A stretch of 64,000 nt of DNA from Scyliorhinus canicula (taxonomy: Eukaryota). Location: the NCBI RefSeq assembly GCF_902713615.1, contig NC_052172.1, forward strand, positions 21,775,954 through 21,839,953, read 5' to 3'. Below, piece by piece: positions 12,206-26,060 of the stretch. Made by a program: the position numbers and the translations under genes. The notes under the pieces were generated by a model. The model worked only from the letters and a program-made list of their open reading frames with translations. It had not been told where the DNA came from and ran no database searches. The number at the start of each line of letters is the position of its first letter. The first letter of the stretch is position 1.

Positions 12206-13716
12206 TGAAAATAAAATGATAGAAATAAAAATGGGATGAAGGTGGATGAGAGAGTTCACAGCCTGAATTGTTGAACTCAATGTTAAGTCCAGAAGGCTGT
12301 AACGTATCTAATCAGACGGTATGGTGCTCTTCCTCTTGTTTGAGTTGGGCTTCACAGGAACATTGCAGCAGCCCAAGGGCAGACAGGAAAGCAGGACGGT
12401 GAATTGAAATGGCAGTGACAGAAAGGTTTGGGTCCTGCTTTTGTAGGGATTGATGGTGTTCTGCAAAGCGGTCACCCAGTCTGCATTTAGTCTCTCCAGT
12501 GTAGAGTAGACCATATTGGGAGCAGCAAATACAATAGACCAGACTGAAGGAGGTGCACGTGAAGTGTTGCTTCACCTGAGAGGAGTGTTTGGTGAGCAGG
12601 AAGGTAAAGGGGCAGGTGGTGCATCTTCTGCGATTGCATGGAAGGTGCCATGGGAAGAGGGTGATGGGGGAGTCAACTAGGATATCCCAGAGGGAACGGT
12701 CCCTGCGGAATACTGACAGGGAGTGAGGGGATGATGTGCTTAGATCATGCTGGAGTTGACTGAACTGGACAAGGATGATACTTTGAATGGGGAAGCTGGT
12801 GGGGTGAAAATTGAGGACGAGGGACCCAATTCTGCGAGGGGATGGGGAGAGCAGAGGGGCAGAAATGAGAGCCCTGTCAACTATAGTGGGTGGGACGATT
12901 AATGAAGAACGAAGATATCAGCACCATTTTGGAAAGTGGCATCATCACAACAGATATGGTGAAGGAACTGGGAGAACTCGATGGAACCCTTGCAGGATGT
13001 GGGGGTAATGAGATAACGTTTCTTTACCATGCTTTTCAGGTGAATTGCAGTTGTGTTTTGGGTTCTTTCCTTTACTTGCTGCTCAGGAAGGTTCTTTCTC
13101 CTCCCTCACTTCTGCATGTTCTGAGAATCTTGCAGTGCCACTTCCCACTTTCTCTTCATGTGGTGAAACTGCCCGAGTATGAAACGGTGGACAGCTTGGT
13201 CCAACAAACTTGTCCCAAGACAAAAATCAACCACAACTTGCACTTGGATAGCACCTTCAACGCATAACACATTCCAAGGCATTTTACAAGAGGAGAGTTA
13301 TTGGTCAGCAAGCAGTCGTGACAACTAATCCTGTCTGCCGATTTCCCTTCCACCACCAAGGGTAACACTTGATGAAAATCCGAGGTTAGCTAAAGGGAAG
13401 GAAAACATTTGGGTGTTCAGATACTAACATGGCCCTAAACTCACCATTTCCTACAGCGAGAGGACATGGCCTTGTTGTAAGGCACAAGGAGTTTTGGGTA
13501 TGGGACACCCACTCTGATAACCTCACCCTTTTGAAATAAAGGAAGAGATTTTTTGGGATGTGCATGCGATTAGTGTGGGAGATACATGGTGTGGGAAATT
13601 CTGAGTGTTCCTCTTAGCAGAGTGAATTGCAAAGAGTTAGTTGCACAACCATTAGGTTTCAGACAGTGAAGAAGAATTGGTGTCTGCTGCTTTCAGCCAT
13701 GATGAATCGTTTAAAG

Positions 13717-14102
13717 CAGGGGTGGGCAAACTGCGGCCCGCGGGCCGCATGCGGCCCGCCAAAGGTATTTCTGCGGCCCACCAAGTCATTAAAAAAAAAA
13801 AAAAAAAAAATTTTTCTAAAAAAAAAAAAATTTTTTTTTTTTTTAAAGGTTAATGGGTGGGGGGGCTGTTGGATTACTTACTGGCATAGGGTGGATACGT
13901 TGACTTGAGTAGGGTGATCATTGCTTGGCACAACGTCGAGGGCCGAAGGGCCTGTTCTGTGCTGTACTGTTCTATGTTCTATATGAGGCGCCCAGAATCA
14001 TAACCGGGTGAAGTAATTATTTTACTTAATATACTATGCGGCCCTTTGTGAATTGTGAATTTCTGAATGCGGCCCTTGCACGGAAAAGTTTGCCCACCCC
14101 TG
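13717..14102. mobile_element. Non-autonomous hAT (Charlie/Buster-like) MITE, 386 bp
   Basis: Perfect 16-bp TIRs caggggtgggcaaact / agtttgcccacccctg; 8-bp TSD gtttaaag on both sides (13709-13716, 14103-14110). Confidence 0.9.
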
Positions 14103-14176
14103 GTTTAAAGGCTTTTCTTTTCCCAGCTGGATAAGGGTGTAAACTGCCCTCCATGAAGGATCATTTAGAATCTTAC

Positions 14177-14460
14177 GGGTGACACAGTAGCACAGGGGCT
14201 GCACTGTTGCTTCACAGCGCCAGGGTCCTGGGTTTGATTCCCGCTTGGGTCACTGTCTGTGTGGATTCTGCACATTCTCCCCGTGTCTGAGTGGGTTTCC
14301 TCCGGGCGCTCTGGTTTCCTCCCTCAAGTCCCGAAAGACGTGCTTGTTAAATTCTCCCTCCGTGTACCTGAACAGGTGCCAGAATGTGGCGACTAGGGGC
14401 TTTCACAGTAACTTCATTGCAGTGTTAATGTAAGCCTACTTGTGACAATAATAGATTATT
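14177..14460 (+). mobile_element. V-SINE ('tgtgacaata' tail subfamily)
   Basis: Same head and tail as the 6281 copy. Confidence 0.8.
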
Positions 14461-14654
14461 AAATAGCAATTTGCAATGACAAGAACTCAACTGCAACTAC
14501 AGTGTCACATAGATAACAAAGCGAAGTTCCCTCCCCCTGCCCCTTCTGTAATCAGCAGAGCGTTGTTTGATTATTTTGCATGGCAAGTAACCAGATTGGT
14601 TTACAAACTAATAACCCATTGGAAAACAATCTTTATTATGCACGTGTATTTCAG

Positions 14655-14838
14655 AGTATTTGACAAAGTGAAAAGTCGAAACGCTCACATGAAATGCCAC
14701 AGGCAGCAGGAGGAGCAAGAAAGACAGGCAGAGATGAAGCGGTCGAGGATACGTTTGAAAGTTGAGCCAAAGGAGGAACCAGAGGAGACCATTCTAGTCT
14801 TCACGTCAAACAATTTGTCAAACATTACCACACCATAA
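14655..14838 (+). CDS. ZNF541: ZNF541-like terminal coding exon, (K)[19 protein letters not shown]...ITTP*
   Basis: ttcag|A completes the [23 protein letters not shown] C2H2 finger. VFDK and a single terminal finger with a short tail fit ZNF541 better than TRERF1 or MIDEAS. Confidence 0.8.
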
Positions 14839-17800
14839 AAGACTACCAGCATCTTGGGGCTAGCAGATGTAGAAAGAAGGTTTTGGGGAGAGAGCAGAGC
14901 AGTAGTCTTGAGTTTCAGATTGTACAAAGAGCTTGCACAGAAAGAGTCAACACCCTCCCCTCTACTGTAAATAACTGCTTCCAGGTATTTTGATTTGGTG
15001 CATCTGGAGGTGGGGAATGGGTGCACATTGCATATTGTAAGTCTAGACCACCAGACACACATAAAACACGAGTCTGCAGCAAATAAATGCACAGGTTTAT
15101 TTTTCAATTTCACATTGGACTGTTTTCAAGACGATGAAGACAGGTCCTAAACGAGGTACTTTGTGTCAGCCACAAGATTAACTAGTGGGGTAGAGAAACC
15201 CTGGTTCAATGATGATGTGTTAAACCTGTTAAACTCTTGCCATTGAGCTGCTAAGCTTGCAGTAATTTACAACCCATAATGACCTTAGTGTATAGATAAA
15301 GAAGCTCCCAAAAGGTAATAAATACCTGAACCATTGTATTTCAGTCACCTTTGAAGAATGTTCTATTGCTACCCCACTCACCAGCCAATGGACAGGTAGA
15401 AATTGGTGATGCCCTGGGTCTTAAAGTAAAATCACTGATTATCAGCAGAAAATTGGGACATGGAGCACAATGAAACAGACAAAATAATAGAGGTTAAAGG
15501 AAAGAAATCCCTTCTCCTAAAATAGAAAATACAGGGTAATGGAAAAGAGATGATTAGCCCGGGGAGGGGGTGGGGGAGCACAGGGGTTCCACGCCTCAAC
15601 AGGAGGTAACTTCAGGAACAGTTTATAAACAGGCAATGACGATCAATCACCACTTCCACGTTCTCATTGGAAATGAGACACAAATGGGGAGATGATTGTT
15701 GTGAGTGGATAAACCTGCTTGTCAACTGCTACCCCGTGCATTGTCTAATCTACAATGGGGTATAAAAAGTTTTAGAAGCTACCTTTGGTCACCACGAGCT
15801 CGGGTAGGTAGGGCAAGCAGATGATGTTTGGTCAGCTGCTATCAGTGTCTCTTGAAAATAGCTGGTTTGAGAGAGTAAACGGAGGTGAGTGAACTCCAAC
15901 TTTGTCAGTGAGCTCCTTCCCTCTACTGGGAGACATGGGCAAGATCTTTGCCTCCCAGGGAAATTTTTCTTTTTCTCTCCTTTAAATTTGAGGATAGGTT
16001 TCCTCGGTTTCTCTTACCTGCTCTCAGCCAGGGTGTGCGCACACTCAGGACACCCAGAAGATGGGCTTGGGGGAAATGACCTGCCCAATGTCACAAGGAG
16101 GTGCACACATTTGTTTCAGGAGCAAATCTCCCTGAGGACAGTGCATGGGTTTCATTTGGCGGATGCCTGCTCAGCAATTCCGGGGATGGAAGCTGTACCA
16201 CAGCACTTCTGAGACACGCAGTGTTCACACGCATGTACACTCCAGCAGGAGTGGCTAAATAATGAGCAGTCAAACTCCCGCTCGGGAGTGCTGAGGATAA
16301 CTAGCTTTCCAATAATCTCCCTGTCCTAAAAAATGCATTATATAGTTTTATCCTCTTTGCATTTTTAACATTGGTGATATTATCACTGTCTGTGGCAATG
16401 GAAAGATAATTGCTACAGTCGTTATTTTATGTACTATTTTAAAAGATGAAAAAATTTGCAGTACATTTTAGCGCTTTTAAACAGGAAGTAAAGCTGAGCC
16501 ATTAGGATATCGTGCCCTCTTAGCCCCAAGAATCTGGTCAACATGAGAGTCACTTCAGGCAAGAGTAGCTTTTTAAAAAGTTATTTTTAACAGAGGACAA
16601 TCACCGAGATGTCATTATGCCAAATCTCTGGACAGGATTTGCACGGGCAGACTTTATTTTATGGTGGCTGGACCTGAAAGGCATCAAACTTTGTACCCGA
16701 GCATTGGATACACACCCAGGAGTGGGAAAGACAACATTCAGCCAGCTGAAACCCAACCTGCCACGTTAATCATTTTCATTTGGGGACGATCAGAGCTGTG
16801 GGGCAGTGATCAAATTATAAACTGTGTTTCAGATCATATTATACCAAGAAATATTTGATCAGGAAATGGGGGTCAGAATTTCCTCATTAGTGGGAATTTA
16901 TTAATCCGTGGGAGAGGGGGCAAGTACTTTAGATTGAAAGTAATCCCCAACTATTTTAACTTGAGGCATCTCCTGCTAAATTTGTCCTGTTGTTTCCTCA
17001 CCCTGCCCATATAGTCCATAAACTACATAAAAAGTCTAAGTTTATAGATAACCACCCTCTTAAGAATTAAACTCCCAACTGTCCCAAAATCCATTCAAAT
17101 TAATTGCTGAAATAGTTTCAGAATTACACGCATCTGTCAACTCTGCAGGGGGATCAGTTAAATATTGGGAGTTACCCCTTTAGGATTTGGTAATATTGCA
17201 CATCTTGACAAGATGTGCTGTGCAGTTCCAGCAGAGTGGAGATCTGTCTGCCTCCTGTTAATTTACATCAGATTAATGCCCAGTTCTCAGTGGCTGAATG
17301 GGCAGCGTTCCAGATGAGAGATTGGGAATGCATTAAGCCCCAGAGCAACTATTTCTGCTGTCGGGGTTCCTTCTTTTGATTATAGTCACGGTTTATAAAA
17401 CGTGATCCACTCTACGAAATGCAAAATAAAATAAAAGAGTTGGGCGCCATAAAGTTTCAGAGCTTCAACTGTTTCTGTTTGACAAGTGAGAGAAGGAATG
17501 TGGCCTGATTCATTTCCTTCGCATTCACCAAAACGCGAGATAATTTTTATAAAAGCCCAAACTAAAGACTTTGTTGTTTCAAATGCTTTCATAATCTGGA
17601 AGATCTAAAATGGAACAGCTTTTGCTTTACACGAGTTTTATCTCTTAATTTTCTATTGTACATTGCTGTATATTTTCCTTAAGATACCAACCCATGGGCA
17701 GTTCACAGATTACTAGAAAATTGCATTAGGAATGGATGTATTTTTACTTTTTTTTGCTGATAAGTGCAGTGTTTTCTTTTGTGTATATAAGAGAATTTTT

Positions 17801-17982
17801 ACAAATACAGCATATTCGAGTGTGTTTCTGCATTTCTGTTGGGAGAAGCTGGGAAAAGGAGGGAGTGCTGATTGCCCCCTCTGATCCGGTTACCTGAATT
17901 CCTCCTCGAAGTAGTGTGCTGCCAGTGTTATTCAGAAGCACTGAAGCGTTTCAAATTCATCAAGTTGGGGCTTTGTGTGGAA

Positions 17983-18085
17983 AATAAAATCTGTTGAATA
18001 ATTAGATGCAAACCCACCAATGCTGTAAGCACAAGGCCCTGTAGAGTTAACTTGCTTTAAAACTGTGCAGGATTGTTTCAATAAA
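17983..18085 (+). terminator. Candidate poly(A) signals of the ZNF541-like gene
   Basis: AATAAA at 17983-17988 and 18080-18085, near the end of a ~3.2-kb stretch after the stop codon with no recognisable TEs. Confidence 0.4.
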
Positions 18086-18637
18086 TATGTTGACTGTTGG
18101 GAGTATTATTTCAGCTTTGTACAAAGGACATATCTGTTTTCCCTTTTCAATTCCTGAAAGAATGCAAATTACTCAACCTTAGTACTCTCAGCTGCTACAC
18201 GTAACACTTTCTTACACCCAAATTGTCCCATTCAGGCGCTGACTTGATTTTATGCAGGGCCATACTTTTCTCCAGAGTTGGTTGGTCCTTCTGGCCCTGA
18301 AAATCTTTTACCGGGTTGAATATTGTTTTAAAAATTGGTTTGTTGTTGGAAATTGGTTGCAGCTCCACAATCCTGTGAATTTACCAAACCACCTTCTCCT
18401 CCACCCCCCCACCCCAAACACACACTGGTGGTGTCAGATTGAGCAGAATTAAATGAGAATTGGTTGATTAGGACCAGAGTTTACAGCTTTGATTTTTCTC
18501 AAGCATTCACCACTGGCAGTGACTATATAGACTAAAGTCAGAACCCACCCTTGCCTGATACCCAGACATATTAAGCAGACGGATAGTATCAATTTTGAGA
18601 GTTGTGGATTTAAGTTCCAATCCGGCACATTATTAAA

Positions 18638-19065
18638 ATTTTTTTTTTTTTATTTTAATTTTTTTTTTAAATTTAGATTACCCAATTATTTTTTCCAATT
18701 AAGGGGCAATTTAGCGTGGCCAATCCACCTACTCTGCACATTTTTGGGTTGTGGGGGCGAAACCCACGCAGACACGGGGAGAATGTGCAAACTCCACACG
18801 GACAGTGACCCAGAGCCGGGATCGAACCTGGGACCTCAGCGCCGTGAGGCGGTTGTGCTAACCACTAGGCCACCGTGCTGCCCCGGCACATTATTAAATT
18901 AAGAGTACCCCCCAATTATTTTCTTTCCAATTAAGGGGCAATTTAGCGTGGCCAATCCACCTAGCCTGCACATCTTTAGGTTATGGGGGCGAAACCCACG
19001 CATACTCGGGGAGAATGTGCAAACTCCACACGGACAGTGACCTAGAGCCGGGATGGAACCTGGGT
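18638..19065 (-). mobile_element. Two adjacent HE1/V-SINEs
   Basis: The first copy is flanked by TSD ccggcacattattaaa; both have V-domain and tRNA-like head. Confidence 0.85.
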
Positions 19066-19194
19066 GCTATTAACCTCCTTTAATTCTCCACTCCAGCAAT
19101 CATTGTATTTCCCAATCCAAAGTATTCTTTACACAACCCGAACTACCTAACGCAGCCAGATTCCTCTCCTTCCCAACGAAGGTGCACGTGTTTA

Positions 19195-21735
19195 GAACAG
19201 AAAAATACAGAACAGATTAAGAAAAAAAATTAATCGACTCCCCATCATTCTACCATAATCCATGTACCTATCCAATAGCCACTTGAAGGTCCCTAATGTT
19301 TCCAACTCAACTACTTCCACAGGCAGTGAATTCCATGCCCCCACTACTCTCTGGGTAAAGAACCTACCTCTGACATCCCCCTATATCATCCACCATTCAC
19401 CTTAAATTTATGTCCCCCCGGGGAAAAAGTCTCTTATCTATTCCCCTGATCATCTTATAAACCTCTTCTCAAATTGCCCCTCATCTTTCTCCGTTCCAAT
19501 GAGAAAAGGCCTAGCACCCTCAACCTTTCCTCGTAAGACCTACTCTCCATTCCGGGTAAATCTCCTTTGCACCTTTTCCAAAGTTTCCACATCCTTCCTA
19601 AAATGAGGCGACCAGAACTACACGCAATACTCCAAATGTGGCCTAATCAAGGTTTTGTACAACTTCATCATCACCTCACGGCTCTTAAATTCAATCCCTC
19701 TGCTAATGAACGCTAGCACACCATAGGCCTTCTTCACAGCTCTATCCACTTGAGTGGCAACTTTCAAAGATCTATGAACATAGACCCCAGATCTTTGCTC
19801 TACATTGCCAAGAACCCTACCGTTAACCCTGTATTCTGCATTCATATTTGTCCTTCCAAAATGGACCTCACACTTTTCAGAGTTAAACTCCATCTGCCAC
19901 TTCTCAGCCCAGCTCTGCATCCTATCTATGTCTCTGCAGCCGACAGCAGCCCTCCTCACTATCCATAACCATCAATCTTCGTATCATCTGCAAATTTACT
20001 GACCCACCCTTCAACTCCCTCATCCAAGTCATTAATGAAAATCACAAACAGCAGAGGACCCAGAACTGATTCCTGCGGTACGCCACTGGTAACTGGGCTC
20101 CAGGCTGAATATTTGCCATCCACCACCACTCTCTGACTTCTATTGGTTAGCCAGTTTGTTATCCAACTGGCCAAATTGCCCACTATCCCATGCCTCCTTA
20201 CTTTCTGCATAAGCCTACCATGGGGAACCTTATGAAAATGAAAATTGCTTATTGTCACGAGTAGGCTTCAATGAAGTTACTGTGAAAAGCCCCTAGGCGC
20301 CTGTCCGGGGAGGCTGGTACGGGAATCGAACCGTGCTGCTGGGCTGCTTTAAAAGCCAGCGATTTAGCTCAGTGAGCTAAACCAGCCACTTACTAAAGCT
20401 GCCTTACTAAAATCCATGTACACTACATCCACTGCTTTTCCTTCATTCACGTACTTGGTCACCTCAAAGAATTCAATAAGACTTGTGAGGCAAGACCTAC
20501 CCCTCACAAATCCGTGCTGACTATCCCTAATCAAGCAGTGTCTTTCCAGATGCTCAGAAATCCTATCCCTCAGTACCCTTTCCATTACTTTGCCTACCAC
20601 CGAAGACTAACTGGCCTGTAATTCCCAGGGTTATCCCTATTCCCTTTTTTGAACAGGGGCACGACGTTCGCCACTCTCCAATCCCCTGGTACCATCCCTG
20701 TTGACTGAGGACGAAAAGATTATTGCCAACAGCTCTTCAATTTCATCTCGCTTCCCATAGAATCCTTGGATATATCCTGTCAGGCCCGGGGGACTTGTCT
20801 ATCCTCAAGTTTTTCAAAATGCCTAACACATCTTCCTAACAAGTATCTCCTCGAGCTTACCAGTCTGTTTCACACTATCCTCTCCAACAATATGGCCCCT
20901 CTCATTCGTAAATACTGAAGAAAAGTACTCGTTCAAGACCTATCTCTTCAGACTCAATACACAATCTCCCACTACTGTCCTTGATCGGACCCACCCTTGC
21001 TCATTCTCATATTTCTCACGTGTAAAAGGCCTTGGGGTTTTCCTTGATCTTACCTGCTAAAGACTTTTCATGCCCCCTCTTAGCTCTCTTAATCCCTTTC
21101 TTGTTCCCTCCTGGCTATCTTGTATCGCTCAAGCACCCTGTATGAACCTTGTTTCTTCAACCTTACATAAGTATCCTTATTCCTCTTAACAAGACTTTCA
21201 ACCTCTCTCGTCAACCATGGTTCCCTCACTCGACCATCTCTTCCCTGCCTGACAGGGACATACATATCAAGGACACGTAGTATTTTTTCCTTGAACAAGT
21301 TCCACATTTCAATTGTGTCCTTCCCTGACAGCCTATGTTCCCAACTTATGCACTTCAGTGCTTGTCTGACAGCATCGTATTTACCCTTCCCCCAATTGTA
21401 AACCTTGCCCTGTTGCACGCACCTATCCCCCTCCATTACTAAAGTGAAAGTCACAGAACTGTGGTCACTATCTCCAAAATGTTCCCCCACTAACAAATCA
21501 ATCACTTACCCTGATTCATTACCAAGTACCAAATCCAATATGGCCTCCCCTCTGGTCAGACAATCTACATATTGTGTTCGAAAAGCTTCCTGGACACACT
21601 GCACAAACACCACCCCATCCAAATTATTTGATCTAAAGAGTTTCCACTTAATATTTGGGAAGCTGAAGTCACCCTACCCTGTGACTTCTGCACCTTTCCA
21701 AAATCAGTTCCTCCACATCTCTGCTGCTATTGGGG
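19195..21735 (-). mobile_element. CR1/HER1 LINE ORF2 (endonuclease end + RT), frameshifted
   Basis: ORFs contain [51 protein letters not shown] and RPHLEYC. Confidence 0.95.
20232..20388 (-). mobile_element. Short tRNA-derived SINE inserted in the CR1
   Basis: Head ggctggtttagctcactgagctaaatcgctgg...ggttcgattcccg; second copy at ~26802-26970. Confidence 0.75.
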
Positions 21736-21962
21736 GAAGTTTAGCAGACTACGAGCTGAAGTGTACAGAAGACGCCTGAAAGGACTTTCCCAACCCCCAA
21801 GGCACACAGAAGCAAGGAGTAAATTGCCTGGCAATATCCCCTCTGAGGAAACAGCATGATGATGAGATTTCGGGGCACGCTCCGTGCAATATCCAATTCG
21901 GACGGCAACGTTTAAATAAATAACACCGACGCAATGACAATTTTCATATTAAAACAAAAACA

Positions 21963-21968
21963 TTTAAT
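21963..21968 (-). terminator. Candidate ERH poly(A) signal ATTAAA
   Basis: TTTAAT on + followed on the minus strand by U/GU-rich sequence, ~590 nt after the stop. Confidence 0.35.
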
Positions 21969-22556
21969 CTGCAATAACCTGAAGCAAAAAAAAAACTACC
22001 GCGTAACCAGAACTTTGGTCCTACAGAAACAGCTCTGCAGAGACAGCACATCAGATAAGAAGTTTCAACTTTCTAGAAAAATGTTTAACCGAAAAAAGGT
22101 TTTGTTCCAACAACCTGTTCACTCTTCAGTTCTATCAACAGGACAGGTTACAGAAAAAGTGTTTGTAAAACCACTCTCTCATCTAAGCTGGCCTTGGGTC
22201 TGAACATAAACAAGCCTGTGTGGCAGTATTATGTTCTAGTACACCCGTGAATGGCAAAAGCAGGTATGTTTTGACATCAGTGTATGAATGTAAGAGCAGG
22301 GCCCCTTATTCCATTCAATGCGACTACTGTTTTAAAACACCAATGCATGATTTAATATAAAGGAGCAAGCTTTCTAATGGGCTTGAAGGGGGGGGGGGGT
22401 TGAAATAAATCAAATCATCTCTACAAAAATACTGAGATCTACAAGCAGCACCCTGAGGTGCTCCCAGGATCTGAAGAGGTACATCTGTGAGCTAAAAAAA
22501 AAATTGGTGCAATCACTCTCCACGTGGAGCATTGATCCGCAGAGCCAGGACAGCAG

Positions 22557-22659
22557 CTACTTCCCTGCTTGCTGGGCTTGTCGACGGAGCAGAATGTAGA
22601 TTTTCTCCTTGAGCCAGTCCTTGTTGTAAGGTTGGTAAGTCTGAGTGTCTGCTCGATAC
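22557..22659 (-). CDS. ERH: ERH exon 4: (V)[33 protein letters not shown]
   Basis: ttcaccag|G TAT CGA...AAG TAG on the minus strand; near-identical to the vertebrate ERH C-terminus. Confidence 0.97.
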
Positions 22660-23049
22660 CTGGTGAAGGAAGAAAAGTGTTCGTCAAGAAGCTTCATCGT
22701 TCAATTCCGACTCCGACAGCTTATAAAACTGGATGGCCCAAGCATTTTCATGTTCAGCTTTCAATCTTCGCCAAACCCTCCTCTTCCCCCAAGATAGCAG
22801 CTCCCATTTCAGAGGGTGCATTGATTTACGGGCAAACCCTGTTATAAAGGTACACTGCGTTGTTGGTAAAGGTTGCCCAGTGTCAGAATCACAACTATTT
22901 GCAAAATGAAATACAGCACAAGTGTGGGCTACTTTTTATGCACAGGGTCACTATTCCATCAAAAACTATGAAGCGTTTTTAAAATTTAAAGCTGGTTTTC
23001 GGGCTGGGAGATGGAAGGTCACCAGCTTGATCCATATTTAGAGGCCACT

Positions 23050-24149
23050 CATAGAATTTACAGTGCAGGAGGCCGCCATTCGGCCCATCGAGTCTGCACC
23101 GGACCTTGGAAAAAACACCTTACTTTTTTTTGGGTTATAAATTTGAGTACCCAGTTCATTTTTTCCAATAAATGGGGCAATTTAGTGTGGCCAATTCACC
23201 TACCCTCACATCTTTGGGTTGTGGGGGCTAAACCCATGCAAACTTGGGGAGAATGTGCAAACTCCACACGGACAGTGACCTGGAGCCGGGATGGAACCTG
23301 GGCACCGTGCCGTAGCAATGCTAACCATTGTGACACCGTGCCGCCCCCCAGAGCACCCTACTTAAGCCCATACCTCCACCCAGTAACCCCACCTAACCTT
23401 TGGGGCACTAAGGGGCAATCATACCACGGCCAATCCATCTAACTTTTAAAAAATTTGGAGTACCCAATTATTTTCTCCAATAAAGGGGCAATTTAGCGTG
23501 GCCAATCCACCTACCCTACACATCTTTGGGTTGTGGGGGTGAAACCCACACAGACACGGGGAGAATGTGTGAAATCCACATGGACAGTGACCCAGGGCCG
23601 GGACCGAACCCTGGTATTCCATGCCGTGAGGCAGCAGTGCTAACCACTGTGCCACCGTGCTGTCCCCAATCCACCTAGCCTGCGCGTGTTTGGACCGTGG
23701 GAGGAAACCGGAGCACCCGGAGGAAACCCAGGCAGACACGGGGAGAATGTGCAGACTCCGTACAGACAGTCACCCGAGGCTGGAATTGAACCTGGGTCAC
23801 TGGCGCTGAGGCAGCAGTGCTAACCACCCTGCCACTTGCACTCAGTGTAATTGCTCATTTACTAGAAAAACATTAGAAAACAGCTGACCCAGGAACCAAG
23901 GGGTGAATGGCCTTCTGTATTCTTTTTTAAAAAATTTAGATTACCCAATTATTTTTTTTCAATTAAGGGGCAAATATAGCGTGGCCAATCCACCTACTCT
24001 GCACATTTTTGGGTTGTGGGGGCGAAACCCACACAGACACGGGGAAAATGTGCAAACTCCACACGGACAGTGACCCAGAGCCGGCATCGAACCTGGGACC
24101 TCAGTGCCGTGAGGCAGCAGTGCTAACCACAAGGCCACCGTGCTACCCT
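23050..24149 (-). mobile_element. Nested cluster of about 4 HE1/V-SINEs in ERH intron 3
   Basis: Repeated V-domains; the last copy has TSD tggccttctgtattct. Confidence 0.85.
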
Positions 24150-24509
24150 GGCCTTCTGTATTCTAAAGTTGTATGATAAGTTAAGACAGGATCCCCAGGC
24201 TGGGGATTGTATGGACAAACCATGCTGGGAGCTGTTAATAGGCAGACTAATGGATTTTCTCGACTGTTGTGGGGTAATGCTTTGAAACACTTTCTCACAC
24301 AAACGGGTAGCAGATATCTGGAACTCACCCCTCGAAATGTGCTGAGGCTCGGGTCAATTAAAAACGATCAAAACTGAAGATCGGTAGATTTTTTTGAACA
24401 GTATTAAAGGGTTAGATAACCAAGATTAAAATTTAGATAGAGATCAGGGGTACCCCAATAACTAGTGGACAGGCTGGAGGGGAGTGATGGTGCAGGTGAA
24501 GCAACTTAC

Positions 24510-24630
24510 ACAAGGCAGCTGAGGTCAGCAAGGTCATCAATGAAGTCAAAGAGTTGGCTAATGTCATACGTGATGGATGGACTGTTTGGGTTCATCCTCT
24601 TCAAATGCTCTTCAAACATTTTGCAGACAC
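24510..24630 (-). CDS. ERH: ERH exon 3: (G)[39 protein letters not shown](V)
   Basis: cctcag|GT...GT|gtaagt, 121 nt, frame consistent with neighbours. Confidence 0.97.
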
Positions 24631-25689
24631 CTGAGGAACAACAAATGCACGAGTCTCAGTATCGTTTAACTTTTAGCTTTAAACTTCTGGTGCGCCAAAT
24701 GCTGAAGTTTCTTTAATATGTTTGTGGGAAAAGGCCGTCGCTGGCCGGGCCTAGCATTGACTGCCCATCCCAACTGCCCTCGAGAAGGTGGTGATGAGGC
24801 GCCTTCTTGAACTGCTACAACTGTTTACACACCCATCATGATGCTGTTCAGGAGGGAGTTCAAAGACTTGGGGCCCGGCAATAGTGAAGGAATGGTGAAT
24901 TCTTAAAAGGGAAACAAGAGATCTCACATTCACACCCTTTTCTCACTCTTCCCCCACCTCCACCCTGTGCAATCACTGCTCCCAGAAAGTCGTTGCATAT
25001 CGGAATGAGCTGATCTACCACATTAATGAAAAATAACTAGGCCGACAAAGGGGAGGCACAAGAAAACGAGCGGCTTGAGAAAATACAAATCTAGAGAAAG
25101 CAACATCAGTTTGTATTTATATAGCGTCTCTCACAGTAACTTGGCCCAAAGTGGCACACACAGGAGGTTTTGACACCTCACTACCCGAGATATTAGAACC
25201 AGTGACCAAGAGCTAATCCAAATGATAGTTTTTGAGGAGCAGCTTTTTGAGGAGCACTTACAACCAACACCAGCAGCTCCTGTCCAGTCACATTCGAGGA
25301 GTTGCAATGGCATCAGCTGCTGGCAGATGAACCAGCTGCTGGCAGATGAACGAGCTGGGCTTCTCCTGCTGCTCTCTGAACAGCGACCCAGGATTTTGGA
25401 CAAAGGGGTTTTGCTTTTAGTCTTTCGCTCGTCAGGGCACTTTGCAAGAATACCGGTATAAGTGGAAAAAGAACGATTTATATCGTACAAGAATGGCCGT
25501 CGCTTATTTTGTTTAGCTGAAACAGCAATAAGTGACAGCCATTCGCTGATTTATTCCTCAGGGCAACTCTTAACTGATCAGGGCCAAGCTGCCTGGTTTA
25601 AATTTCAAACAATGCTTGGCAGTTATCTGTCATTCATCATCAACTGGTGTATTCTCCATGACAACACCTCCACCATTCAAAGTGCACTT

Positions 25690-26060
25690 TTTCTCAGTGT
25701 CACAAGTAGGTTTACATTAACACTGCAATGAGCGGGCAGCACGGTGGCCTAGTGGTTAGCACAACCGCCTCACGGCGCTGAGATCCCAAGTTCGATCCCG
25801 GCTCTGGGTCACTGTCCGTGTGGAGTTTGTACATTCTCCCCGTGTCTGCGTGGGTTTTGCCCCCACAACCCAAAAATGTACAGAGTAGGTGGATTGGCCA
25901 CGCTAAATTGCCCCTTAATTGGAAAAAATAATTGGGTAATCTAAATTTAAAAAAAAAAAACACTGCAATGAGGTTACTGTGAAAATCCCCTAGTCGCCAC
26001 ACTCCAGCGCCTGTTCAGGTACACAGAAGGAGAATTCAGAATGTCCAAATTATCTAACGA
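25690..26060 (-). mobile_element. SINE (-) with a young HE1 SINE (+, ~25735-25958) nested inside
   Basis: Nested copy flanked by duplicated aacactgcaatgag. Confidence 0.8.

Larger units (their letters stand above)
10540..13005 (-). mobile_element. Penelope-like element relic (GIY-YIG remnant and terminal repeat with hammerhead-like core), interrupted by SINE and Rex1 insertions
   Basis: ORF 12312..12575 FTCTSFSLVYCICCSQYGLLYTGETKCRLGDRFAEH is a Penelope-type GIY-YIG endonuclease motif; hammerhead-like motif at 10627-10670. Confidence 0.75.
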
